Shown here piece after piece: positions 47,801 to 60,843 of a stretch of DNA of 64,000 bases. The notes below the pieces were generated by a model. That model had not been told where the DNA came from. It saw nothing but the letters and a program-made list of their open reading frames with translations, and made no database searches. The stretch covers positions 70,804,001-70,868,000 of the forward strand of contig OZ241826.1 in the NCBI GenBank assembly GCA_965202585.1. The letters are read 5' to 3'. The stretch is from Thalia democratica. Its lineage: Eukaryota. Position 1 is the first letter of the stretch; the number at the start of each line of letters is the position of its first letter. Both the position numbers and the translations under genes were made by a program.

Positions 47801-50800
47801 CAACAATAAAAAATTCATAAGTTTATTAAACGAACAGATTCAGAAAATACAACGTCCTTTAATTCAAGTAATTGGCTTAACTTTAATTTCCAACTTGAAT
47901 CTTGTTTAAACAAGCTCCTACACTTTTTAAAATATACTGATAATGCAGAGCTTTGAGCAAATAAAAGAATTATAGACAAAATAGAAAATCTTAGACAATG
48001 AATTAAGTTTCCAATAAATTAGTAGCGATATTGCATTTAACAAAACTAATAAAAAAACCATATTTTCTTAAAAAAAGTGCATTTTTCTTTGTCTCAACTT
48101 ACTACGGCAATTTGTAAGAAAAAAAGGTCGGCACAAATTGCTTTTGCATGGCGCAATTTGACGAAAGGAAGTTCAACAGGACTTGAACCAGGATGCGATT
48201 TCAGAATCGATATTTTAGTGAGCAGCCAGCCACCTTTTGTCCTCTGATTACTAAAACACGGCCAAAACATAAAAGATTTCAGTATTAGCTGTGTGAGGAT
48301 ATAAATGTTATGTTATGAAATATTTATACAATCACTGGCGGCTTGTGTAACGTGAAGTTTGATGTTGCATCAATTCCATTGCATAATGAATGCGTTGTAT
48401 AAAGCAATTTTAATTTATTGTTTATTGTTGCCAGAATGTTGACAATAATTTATCATCTTTGGGTAAAAAAACAAAAAAATTGACCGAATGGAAATATAAT
48501 AAATTAAATTAAAAAACTAATAGTCAGTACGTTTCAAACGACAAATACTATGTAAAAATAATTAAGTCTAATTTGTTTAAAAAAAAAAGTTATCAAATCA
48601 TGCAAATATTTTTGACCAAAAAAAAAACAATATTTTTTTAGAGGTTTTAAAGAAAGCTAATTACCACTTTCAGATTTAAACTTTTATTTAAATTAACATT
48701 GAATATTTGTTAGAATGTTGAGGAACAAGAACATTTTATTTTTCATAAACAAGGCACGCCGCTGTTTCAAGGCTGCAAAACAAAATTACCATTACATATG
48801 ATTCTGCTCTGATAAGAAATAAAAGCATGACCTTAGCTTTCCGCGGCTGAACATAAACAAGAAAAGCCGTGCATTAGTTTTAATCAATCGAACTTCTATG
48901 ATTGAAAGTAGTGCGCTCGTCTAGAAATTTCTAATGAACATTTTTCTTATACTGCAGCGCAGATTAAAATCACCAGGCTTTCAATGAATTTGAGAAATGC
49001 AGCAACTTATGCATAAAAGGTTTATCCTTGTCAGTTTAAAAAGGATTCGAAAAACAGCTCGCTTCAGTATATAATGTGATTATTAGTTTTAAGAATTGAA
49101 ATATATGTGATACAGAATTTAAGTGAACTAATAAAAGTAGCTTTTTAGACTAGAATAGCAGAACTATACTAATAAAGGAATACTGAAAAACATTTTTTTC
49201 TTGGGTGAAATATACATAAAAAAATTACTTTATATATGTAATTCTTAAAGCACTTGTTCTGTAAATATTTTGATAGACTATTCTGTATAAATACAGAAAT
49301 AGTATTGAAACAAAACAATAAATTTTAAAGAATGCATAAATTATAATTAATTGTCATTAGAAAAAATACTGTTATTATATTTTACAGACAAAATTAAACT
49401 TTTTAATCATTTAAAAGTGAACAAAACTGTAAACTAAACAACTTTTTGACCTTTTTTAACTATCTTAGATTTTCATAGTTTAATAACTACTGATTTAAAA
49501 TAATTTTACAGCTTGAACTCCTCAAAATAATGATAAAGTAAACATTTTTACAGTCTTTAACTAATTTTTTTTAAGGATCATTTGTATTTTTGCAATACAA
49601 TACTTCAGGTAACTAGTTTGAAATCCAAATAAAAATTGTATAAATATCTCAAGATAATCCAAGTTCAATTATATACATTAATACAGTTTAGCCTGGTTAA
49701 AATATTTCATAAACAAAATAACTTTACAAAATTAATAACGAAAGTTTAAAACTAATAGTTTATTTAAAAAAAAACAATTTTAAGTTACTTTTCTGTTTTT
49801 AAAAATAACAAAAAAAAGAAGTATTTAATTATAAAACTAAATTGAACACTAAGTGTGTACTACACATTATTTTTATACAAAACAAAAATTAAAAAAAACT
49901 CACGTCCACAAAGAACGGAAACGCGTTTTTTCCCAGCTTTTTGATCAGCCTTTCCTGCAGTTTGGTCCTGGCCCTGGTGTCATCGGAAGGCGGGTAGACC
50001 TGTTACATTAAAAACGCGTTAGTTGTGCAGCTGAAGGAGGTTGCAGCTTGTCACACTGATAAAGCGTGCTGATCTGCATATTTCTAAATGATAAAACTGC
50101 AATCTGCTACTCGCCAATAAAAATTAAAGCAAAAAAAAAAAGCTGCTTATCATTTATACTTTAAGGCAAGGAAAGCAATTAAACTTTAATTTAATTTGAT
50201 CAAAAGTATATAAACGGCACATAAGACAAAATAGGCTCATTTGGCGCCAATAGATAAAGAATGTGCATATTAATAATCATTATATACCGTTATTCAGAAA
50301 AACGTTTAAAAATAGTAATTAAGGTAACTTAAAAAAATAAAATAATCTTGATTGTTATTGACTGTTTAAGTTTAAAACTTTTCAACACACAATAAATGAT
50401 TATTTATTTAGCTGCAGAAAAGAAAACTAATATTTTAAATTTAAACAGCTTTTTTTACAATGATTTTCTCTTACATTGTTTTAATTAAAGATATAGTGCT
50501 ATACTTGATTTTCATAAATCAAACACAAATGCATAATTTTGCAAGTTGTAAAAGCATAAAACAATTGATAACAGAATGGACATTGAGCACATATTGAATG
50601 TTTACCAAACCCAAAGAGGTTTGAAAGGTTAATTGATTTTTTCACGGCAAATTGATCTGATTACAACCTGTCAGGTTTATGTGTGACTTCAATGCATTAA
50701 GCCTTTTTATTAAAAACAAAAAAGAAAGATGAAAATATTTAACCAGCGTGCAATAGTAAAGAAATTATTTTCAAACTTTAAGTTTTTGTAAGAAAAGGTT

Positions 50801-53800
50801 AAAGTGCTAGATTAAACTTTAAAAAAGTTATTTCAATAGAGTAATTGTACAAAAATTAAAATAAAAACTCTGAAACTTAAATGTGGTCTGAAATTTATCT
50901 TGCGAAAGATTTGAAATAGGATTACTTAAAACTGTTGTACGTCATTCAGAGTTTTGAAACGTCACGAAAAGCAATAAGTTACCTTGCGCAAAAATAGATA
51001 CAAGAAAATTGTTTAGGGCTTATTTGATGAACTTGTGATAAAGCATACACTTACTTGTAATTTTGAACTGTTAAAAAATAGTTTAACGATTTTAGCCGCA
51101 TGTTTGCTGCATACTAAAAATGTATAACTACATTTGTACTTGTCTGTTTTAAATCTACCTATAATAGTATATTTGAAGTTTCCTAAGTACTTTAATACTA
51201 AACATTATTTAAATTGTTTTAGGCTGTTAAACTTCAAGTAAAATTTAGCTTCAAACTTTTAACTAGTGACTAAAAATACAATACAGTAAGTATGTAGATT
51301 GTTTTTAGTCAAAAGCAATTAAACTATGAGTAAACTTTAAACAAGCCAAAAAAAATATGAAAATTATGTAGTTAAATTATTAATTTCTTTTTTTATACAT
51401 AATGAGTTACATACACAACAAAGACAAACTTAAGAGTTAAAATCAACTATGTAAATAAATGTCATAAGTAATTATTTTAAGTTAAAAAAAGACTAAACCA
51501 CAAAACTTTAATGTATTAGAAGAGTTGACAGATCTTTCATTAGTTTAAAACTTTATTACACTGAAATAGAAACTAAAAAAAAAAAACAAAGAGCAAAAAA
51601 TTTTGTCAAACATGAAAAGCCATTTCGGAATTCAAAAACCTGTCTGATTTTTATTCGCGGCAAACAAACACATCAAACGCGCTATGATGTCACAAACAAC
51701 GCGCGGTGGTGACGCGCAAAATACATGATGATCGCAACAGCAGGTTGCATGCGGAAGTAGAAGGGTTTGTGGAAATATTAGAAGAATTTATAAGGTGTTT
51801 TTGGTGAAGCGTGTTTGTTTTACTACTTGAAAAATCGCTCTGCAGATATGTTTTGAGAAGTCTGCACACGCACTTCATTGTTTACGCAAAAAAAGTGGAA
51901 GTTTACTAATATCACTCGCAATAAAGAATACTTTTTTAATGGCATTTTTGTTTTTTGGCAAAAACATTTTAATTTGTATGATCTCAGGTAGAAAAACTGC
52001 TGAAGTTTATCAAAGTTGTTTATTATTGAAAACTTTAATGCTTTGCTTTTTGTTTTTTATGCTAGAATAAAATTAAACTTGAGAAATTTAAACTAGTTTT
52101 TTTCAACAATAAGTTTTTATATAACCGATTTCAAGTTTTTTATATAATTTCAACAGTTCAAAGTAAGTTTTATCAAAAAGTAAGCTTTCCTAAAACTATA
52201 AATTTTAGTGTTTTATATAAATTAACAATGAACAGTGCTTGCTTACAAATAAGGCGATGAAAAACTTAAACAGAAAATCTCTTTGAAAACTTGTACAACG
52301 GAAACTATTTGAAATTGTTTTTAACCTGAAGTGTTGTTGAGTAGAAATCTTTGCGAAATGTAAGTCCGAGCATGTCCAAGTCTTCACGACCATACCTAAA
52401 GGTGCACAGAAGCTTGACAAACACTGTAAAAAATATAGCACATTAAAAATTTGATTTTTTTTGAAAATTGTTTACTTTAAGCTTGAAAACGAAGTAATGC
52501 TTTAATTTAAAATTTAAGTGTTTCCAATTATATTACACGCCTTAAAACTTCAAGTTTTAAACAAACATTTTAAATATTTTTATACTTTCAAGTTACCTTT
52601 GCGGTCTTTTATATGATCTACGTCCACTAAAACAACACCATCTGTTGAGTTTTGTTAGTCAAATATAATATTTGTACAGTAGAACACTTAAAATATTATT
52701 AACTAACAAACTAATGGGTTTTTTGTACCAAAAAAGGTTATAAATAAGTCAGTAGAATTATTTATATAACTATAATTAGAACATTTTAATTTTCAAGACA
52801 TTTAAAATAAGCTCTATAATTAAAATATCATAAATTTTTTACTTACTTTTTTTAAAGTCTTTCTCAATGAGGTTTAAAACCAGAAACAAAATTATTTATT
52901 TTTTTATCTCTGACAAAATAATGTAAAATAATTATAAAAATTTAGAACTTATTTTATCTATGTAGAAACAATATAAAAATGTTCTACTTAAGAACTTAAA
53001 TAAGTTTTTAATTATCACTTTAAAAATACATAACAAAAAAATTTATCTATTTTGTATCAATAAATTGAGAAACTGTCACCTCAAGGTTACTTAAAAAAGT
53101 ATAGCTACAAAATATTTAAATATAGAAAACTCTCAATATTTTTAGACTCAAAAAGTTTTTAAAAATAAGTTGCTATTCTATTAACTTATTTGAGGGTCAA
53201 ACTAATTTGTTAAAAATACATAGTTTAATGAAAAATAATTAGCTTTAGTGTATTTATATAATAAACAAAATTATGGATATATAAAGTATATAAGACTGAA
53301 AATGTATAAAAAAACTTCTATATCTAATCTTTTTTCTCAGCTTAGATTAATATTCCTTTTAAATATTTCATCCAAAATATAGTTTTTTATAAAACACTCA
53401 CCAATAGGATCAGTGTGTGTTATGTGATCAATATAATCTCTTTTTCCTAAATATGAAGTTACCTGTAATTTTTATTAAAACATAATAATTTATTATTTAA
53501 CGAAGCCCTTAGATGTAAAAATAAATTTAAACTCACTCTCCCACTGGAACTACTTTTCTTATAAACTCTGTAATAAAACAGAAATAAAATCATGCTTTAC
53601 ATCAACAAACATTTGATGACACAAAATAATTTAAAGCTATAAGGAAGGGGAGGGGGGGGGGGGGTTATTACTTTTTCTAAAACTTAATCTAAAGTTGTAG
53701 AATTTTAACTAAACTATAAGTTGCTGTTTACAGCCTTTTAATACACAAAAAAATTGAGTTATAGCTGGTTAAAGTAGTACAAACCTTATTAAAGGAGGAA

Positions 53801-54382
53801 ACTAAAAGATCAAATAGATAAAAATCCATCTCCTTTTACAATTTTTAAGATAAATACCTGTAGTTTTTAGAAAATGTTCCTTGTAATATTTAGAAAACCA
53901 ACCACAAAAAATTTAAAAAAAACTAAAAAATAAAAATTTTATGACCAAGATACAAAAATAAATTAAAAACTTTTGAAAAATCCGATAAAAACTAAACAAA
54001 AAATTAAATTTTTAGCTAAAAATAACTTAAACAGATTATTTAAAACATTGCAAGAAACATTTACTGAAAATTGAGGTTTGTATCTCGAAAAATGTAGGCG
54101 ATAGATTTTAAGTGATTTTTATTTATTTGTTATTTTAAATCTCTTTCCATTACAAAGCTATTGTATTCCCAAACTTTAGCTAGCTTTATCTTTAAAATAA
54201 ATGTAAATATTAAAAAGCAACTAAAAGCTTAGTTGAAACCCTACATATTAAAATCAAGTGGTAAAAATTGATTTCCTCTATGGTCTTAGTAAATGGCTTG
54301 AAATTAGTACAATCTATCTTCATTTAAAAAGTTTTAAAATCTACAACAAAACTTACCTTGTTGACCTACTATCAGATGACAT
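38888..54382 (-). CDS. ARRB: Beta-arrestin (non-visual arrestin), 14 coding exons, 451 aa
   Basis: Exons in transcription order: 54382-54357, 53567-53537, 53462-53402, 52641-52597, 52423-52326, 49999-49904, 46684-46557, 46069-45934, 43051-42894, 42357-42220, 41758-41672, 39586-39362, 39195-39092, 38910-38888. All GT-AG, 1356 nt = 452 codons. Motifs: [90 protein letters not shown], clathrin box LISFE, AP2 motif [10 protein letters not shown]. Confidence 0.96.
43345..44290. mobile_element. Nested fragments of dispersed family E (CAGGGTTGCCA-type ends, AAATTCCAGGTTTTTT subterminal motifs) hosting the Tc1-like MITE
   Basis: 43345-43575 resembles 33124-33480 in the P5 intron. 44163-44290 is the reverse complement of about 1566-1700. 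Related ends occur at about 22-33, 195-205 and 12868-12920. No TSD confirmed. Confidence 0.55.
43774..44010. mobile_element. Tc1/mariner (pogo/Tigger-like) MITE, 237 bp, in arrestin intron 8
   Basis: 25-bp TIR CAGTGCTTATTCACTTATCCGGACA (24/25 match to the right end). TA TSD at 43772-43773 and 44011-44012. Confidence 0.88.
53640..54125. mobile_element. Degenerate family B MITE in arrestin intron 1
   Basis: Starts with a G-run and contains AAAATGTTCCTTGTAATATTTAGAAAA and the inverted TTGCAAGAAACATTTACTGAAAATT...ATCTCGAAAAATGTAGG...GATAGATTTT of family B. Confidence 0.6.
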
Positions 54383-55914
54383 TTTAATGATACTAAAATA
54401 TCTGCAAATTAATATTTTGTAGCTGACATAATTAAAAACTATGATAGGAAATAAAAAGTTTTGTCTTTCAAATATAAGAAACTAAATAACATAAAAACAT
54501 TCTAGTATGAGTATAAATGGAAACTAATTATATGCAATTACAATTTTTTTATGATTTATTGGAATTGAGTATACAACTCTAACATAACTTTGTTGAATAA
54601 ATAAAAAATATGTTAATTTAATTCACTTAGGCAGTAAAAGTAAGTCTTAATAAGTTCATAAGATATATACTTTTACTAACTTTTTTATACTTAGTAGGGG
54701 TGACTCATCATGACATCATAGGGGGTACAGATAAATTTAAACCACATCAAATTTTATAGTTTTTATTATTATTATCAATGCAGACCGTTTTGAAACTAAA
54801 AAAAAAATTACTTTAAAAAAAAGGACAGTTTAGGTTGCTCTGCACCATCTATGATACGTCAAAGTAGAAAATAATGCATAGTTTAATAAGAAAAATATTT
54901 GATTACAGATAAAAGGCGTAGTATATGAAAAATGCAAGTTAAAAAACAAAAAAACAAATTTTTAAAGTTTAGCTATCTTTAGTTTTAGTCTTAGTACTAC
55001 AAAATCTGTTGGCCTTTTCTGATAAATTGCACTCATTTGTATTTTAAACAATCTTGTTATACTACAATATTAGTAAAAAAATGCTTTTGAATTAACTAAA
55101 AACAAAATATTGTTTTAGTTGATATACTTTTTTATTATAATTACAACTTAAAAAAATAGTTTGTAAAAGTGTTCTATATAAAATATTATTTTTTTTGCTA
55201 AATACTAATAACTTCTTCCAAACAAAGTTTTATTTCTGACTAAAAACAAAGTTCAGAATTATTAGTATCAGCTTAAATTTAATAGTAAAATATTTGAGTA
55301 AAAATATAAGTACTTTTTAGATTTTTTGCTTTTTTAGCTAGTTGGTTTTTAACAAAGTGTTTAAAAAAATATATAGAGCACCATAATCAAATATAGAGCA
55401 GAATAATATAGACATTTGTATAACATTTATACCTAAAAATAAACATCAAATAAGAATTTATTGTTCTTTGGTTTTCTTTTAACGTCCATAAACTTAGTAG
55501 AAGTTAAAATGTGGTTAGAAAACATAAAAAAAGAATAGTAAGAGGTTAGAATTACTAGTCTAATCTAAAATAAATAACATAACCCTTTGAAGTCTATTTC
55601 AAGCAGGGTTTCCAAAGAGGGACAATATTGCCTTTATTTTTGGTGATTTTGGCAAGTTGAAAGGGGTGGTAATTAATTAGGGGTGGCAAAAGGGGAGTTT
55701 TTTTTAATAATTTTGAGCAATAAGGGGAATAACTAGTTATAATTGACTTACAATATCAAACACATATATTTCTAGAATTAAAAAAAATCTTTTCTTTCTA
55801 AATTTTCAGATAAAGATTTAATCCATGTTTTATTGTTTTGCTTTTTAAACATAAACAAAATTTCCTTATAAAATTTGTACTTAAGTAACAATGCACCTCA
55901 ATGTTACATCTAAA

Positions 55915-56077
55915 TAAGGAAAGCTCAACATAAAATTAATAAACCTCATAGACGTTAAAAACCACAAACAAACACTAAAACTCTGTTAATTAAACGAACA
56001 AATATATATATATATATATAGAACTAAAATACACAAAATAAACTTTTGCTTGGGACAGCTGTTTCTGCGTTTAATAC

Positions 56078-56108
<31 letters not shown>

Positions 56109-56182
56109 AGTAACAAAGTTTTAGTGTTTGTTTTTGCTTTTAAATGTCTGAGGTTTATTGATTTTATGTTGAACTTTCTTTA
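55915..56182. repeat. Inverted repeat (about 72-bp arms) enclosing two (TA)n microsatellites
   Basis: TAAGGAAAGCTCAACATAAAATTAATAAACCTCA...AAACACTAAAACTCTGTTA versus TAACAAAGTTTTAGTGTTT...TGAGGTTTATTGATTTTATGTTGAACTTTCTTTA. (TA)n at 56002-56020 and 56079-56103. Confidence 0.8.
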
Positions 56183-57183
56183 TTACTGAAATACTAAATG
56201 TTTACATATAAAAAAAAACACTTTTATGATATTTTAACTGACTTATTTGCTATGCAGACAGCAGTTGCTGTTCATAAAAAACATTATGAATTGTTTAGAG
56301 TTTAGTAAGAATTTTTTAAGCCTTTATTTTTCTTTTACTAGTAAGTTTAATACTAACTAAATCTCATTGATTACACTTTTTACATAAACTTAAGCAAACT
56401 ATCAGCTATACAAACTATAATGGCTGTAAGGAGTAGCATCCTAGTTTTTTTTTAAAGTAAAATAAACTGTGAATGACTTTCTTCTCAAAATAGTTAGAGT
56501 ACTTAATTATAGATGGTTGAAAACTATAAGTAGTAGCAAACTCATAAAACACTAAAAAGTTGTTGAACTACTAACTTTAAACTCAATAGAAAGGTCAGAA
56601 TAAACATTATATTTTGTAAATAAACTAGTCTGAGAAAAGTTAATAAAAAAAAATAGCTTGAGTGTTCTGAGTGTGTGGCAATGTTATATGTAAATAAAAG
56701 CAATATTTAATTGATTGTGGCATACTTTTTAAATTAAAAAAACTATTAAGTGTTAAATAATAAAAGAGTTACATAACTGCCAAGTTGCATCATTAAAATT
56801 AAAATATTGTAAAACTTTAAACAGTTTTAATAAAAATGTAATTCAAAAAATGTGGTGAGTATTGAGTTTATGAAATTTAAAAATATATATCTAGAAAAAT
56901 CTTAATTAAGACAAATTTACTCATTAAACAATTGGAAAAATATAAAACCATTAAATTGCTTGGGAATAATGAATTGAAAGTTTCAGAACAATGTTTATAG
57001 TTACTTTTATCTTAACATTTGGTAACTGTTAGCTACAGTTACAAAATTAATGATTTAAAAGTTTATTAAAACAGTGTTTTTTCTAGCAGAATTGTCAGTT
57101 ATTATACTTATAGATTTTACTTTAAAACTAAGACTTTAAAATATTATATATAAAAAAATTATAATAAATTAGTTAAGTACATA

Positions 57184-57669
57184 GGGGGTTGAACACTATT
57201 TTCACAATTTGATCTTATTTTATATAATTTTTATTAAGCTACAAGATACTGTTTACAGATTTTTAAAATTCTAAATATTTTTGAGATATAGCCAGTCAAA
57301 GTCGGAGGCAATAATAGGTTTCTTATGGGAGGCGCAAACTAAAACCGTAAAAATAGACTATTTTACCAAAAATCTATCTTCTCCTACATTTTTCGAGATA
57401 ACTACCTCAAAGTTTCTAAATATTGCAAAGGAACATTTCCTGAAAATTTGAAGTAGTTATCTCAAAAACTGTAGGAGATAGATTTTTAGTGATTTCTAGT
57501 TATTCACCATTTTAGTTTGTGCCTCCCGTAAGGAACATATTGTTTCCTCTGTTTTTGACCAGCTATATCTCAAAAACTATTTTGATTTATTTTAATCTAT
57601 AAAAACATCTTGTAGCTTAGTAAAAACTAAAGAAAATAAGATAAAATTTTCAAAAAAGTGTTTTACCCC
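57184..57669. mobile_element. Family B palindromic MITE, near-complete copy with central deletion
   Basis: TA|GGGGGTTGAACACT ... AGTGTTTTACCCC|TA. Arms of about 230 bp are imperfect reverse complements. Flanked by TA. Superfamily not assigned. Confidence 0.8.
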
Positions 57670-57860
57670 TAATTTTTAGGTTCATTACACACCTTTTTCA
57701 GACAGTTCTGGTTTGAAACTATTTTTTAGCAACGTTACTCTATAGTGCAAATATGGTTATGAAAATTTTTATACTTAGTATTGAAGACCCTTAAGGTATA
57801 AGCATTAATCAATTTATACCAATCCACAATAGTAATTTTTTCACTGGACAAAATAATACA

Positions 57861-58200
57861 AAGTTCTCCAACACAAACAAATATTTATAAAAAAATTCAA
57901 ATTTTGCAGACCTGTTGTTGAATGACAATCTGCTACACATTCTTTTAGTACTAACTAATGTATTGAAACTTTTACAACAGTCTGAACTTTACTTTAAAAA
58001 ACATTTATTTTTGCTTTTTCAAAGTATAGAAGACCCAAAGCACTCTAACACAAACAACTTTTTATAAAACTAGTTCAAATTTTGCAGACTTGTTGTAAAA
58101 TGTACAATAAAGTACACATGTTTTTATTATTTTAACTTATGTATTAAAATTTTCACAACTTTTAAATTTTACACTAAAAAAACAAAATTCTTATTTGTGC
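57861..58200. repeat. Diverged tandem duplication, period about 178 bp
   Basis: AACACAAACAA...TTCAAATTTTGCAGAC...TGTATT...ACAAC... occurs twice in tandem. Confidence 0.65.
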
Positions 58201-60843
58201 AGTCTGATTTTGTGCAGTGATAAAACAACAATCTAATCCATATAATAATTACAAAAAATTAAAATTGTATAAATCCACAAGCTAAAAAAAAAGATCAACT
58301 TGAAATTGAAAAAAGGTAAAAAAATAGTTAACAATAGTACATATATTTTTATAATCATAGGTACAACTTAGCAAAAATAAAGTTTTTATTCAAAACTGCA
58401 CTCTAATTATCCTTCCATAAGATGTGTACTAAATTGATAACAAGCGTACAACATATTTCGAATATTAAAGTTGTTTTATCAACTTAAATTATATTTACCA
58501 TGTTGTGCATAAACTTATGACCATAAGCAATTTTCCAGCAACAAGTCCATTGATGCCAGTTGTGAAAGTTTACACCTTTCTTTTCTAAATAAAGTCACAA
58601 ACCTCTACAAATGAGGAACAAAGTAAATCTTTTAGGGTTGTATTTAAATGTTTTTAAATGTCTCTTTTACAATTCTTCAACAGTATCAACAAATTTGTAT
58701 GCAAAACATCTTAACCTTTATAACTTTTATAAGTTTATGGAACTTAAGGCTCAGTTTTTTAGTTGTTTATACAAGATTTCACATAATGAAATATAAAAAC
58801 AAAAACCTTAAAACAACTTAAGAGTAGATATTTTTAAAACTTAATAAGTATTTTTGGTCTACAAATAAATGAAGACAATCAGTTATGCAAATAAATCTAA
58901 TTTACAGCATAAGTTTAAGTTAAAGACAGCTTTACTGTAAATTTTATGTGCTAAATTTTTACTACAAATATACTACAGTTGAATGTATACAATTTTGTGA
59001 AACTAGTAAGGTCTATTTATTGATAAACAGACTGAACCTAATGGCTTATCAGCATTTAGTAACATAAAACGATGTGAAAATTTTGATTCAGAACACTTTA
59101 ATACATGAAAACTTGTATGCTACAAGTCTATATTATCAAAATTAGCTAATGTGTAATATACTTCGTTCTGAAATTAATATAATGATTCAATTTGTGTTTG
59201 TTTATTAAACAATAAAAAAGCGCTCAAAACGTTTGGTCTAACGACCTAGTGTACAAAAATCTTTCGGGTATCGAGTCGTACGTACACCACTTGCTATAAA
59301 ATAAAACACAATCTTCGAAACTGTTTAAATACTATATATAATATGTACAAATAAGCTTTAACTATTTATTGCAAACTATTACTGCTTTTTATCCTAATTA
59401 TTGATAGTTTCCAAGAAAATTGAAGTAATTTTATTCAATTTCTTTTTATCAATCAATTATTTATTTTTATACAAAAACTAATAAAACTTTAAACATTGAT
59501 TATAAAACTAATTTAATAACAGGGGCGTATTTTGACCGGTTTTCTGTTTCCTGTGCGGCCACTAAAAAAAACTGGAACAAACATAAAAAAAGATTAAAAG
59601 TGTTTTTCTTAAAGATAGTTTACTAAAATTTTATATCTATCCCTTTAACTTTTGCTATCAACTTTTTTTTTTTATTACGTAGCTTTGTAATTTTTTTTGT
59701 AAATAAAAGTATACAATATACAAAATTTTATAACTACCAAACCAAAGCAAGCACATTTTAAAAAGAAACTTTTGATTCAAAATTTGCTAATCAAAAGTTT
59801 CTAAAAAAACTATGTTTGAATTATTTCACACCTCCAACTCCAAATGTTTCCTTTTTACACAGAAAACCATTGATTTATTTGGATATTATTTTTATTTTTT
59901 ACAACATTTGAAAAACCTTAGTTTTTACTATTTTTTTATCAAATTGTGAAATTATTTTTTACGACTTCTACTAGTTTTTTTTAATAGTTTATTTTGATTT
60001 AATAAAATACCTTAACTGGAACTGTTTGACTAAGTAGTCTATTTACTTATCATTCAACATATTTTTTTATTATTAAGACAAGTTAGTTACTAACTTTAAA
60101 AAATACTTCGTTTTTAGTTTTATATGCATAAAAGTTTTCTTTGATAATGTAAGCTTCACATTGTAAGATAAAAGTTTCACATTGTCAATAATAACAAGAC
60201 TAAGGTTTATAGTTAATAATTTTACTAAAAATTGAAGAACTGTATTACTTGTATACTCCATTTTATATTCTGCTTTACTAGTGTTTTTATGTACCTGAGA
60301 AAGTTTTAGACAGTCATGAATTGGAGGTTATTTTCTAAAGTGTATTACTTATAGCTATTAAAAAAACACTCTATTATTTAACGAAAAAAAAAGTGGTACC
60401 CCACTGAAAAGCCTAAACACAACGCTATTTAAAAATAAAACGTTTTATTTAACTTTTAAAAGTTTGATGACCTAGGTTACTGATAAAATTGTTTGTTTAT
60501 AAAGATCTTACAATATCTAACTTTTTAACTATTGTTATACTTGACTTTATAATTTTAATGGTGTTTTTGAGTTTTAAAGTAAAGTTTTATGAATAATGAT
60601 AAACGTTTTGATAAAAACTAAATGTTAATTTGTGTGTATATGTGTCTTATGTAACAAAGTTGCCGTAAATAAATTTGTTTGGATGCCCAAATCCCAAGTA
60701 ACTATGTTTTTTAATCAGAGCTATTGTAAGTTAACATTATATCAACACGGTTTTAAAACAAAAATTATACCGCAATTAACTTATCAATACTATATTCATG
60801 ATAAACTACTTGTTGCAAACCATATAATTTGTATCTATTATAT

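Noticed and set aside
58459-58584. AG/GT-bounded segment on the - strand upstream of arrestin
   Set aside because: The one open frame (KKGVNFHNWHQWTCCWK...) resembles nothing and has no partner exons. At most it is an unproven UTR exon.
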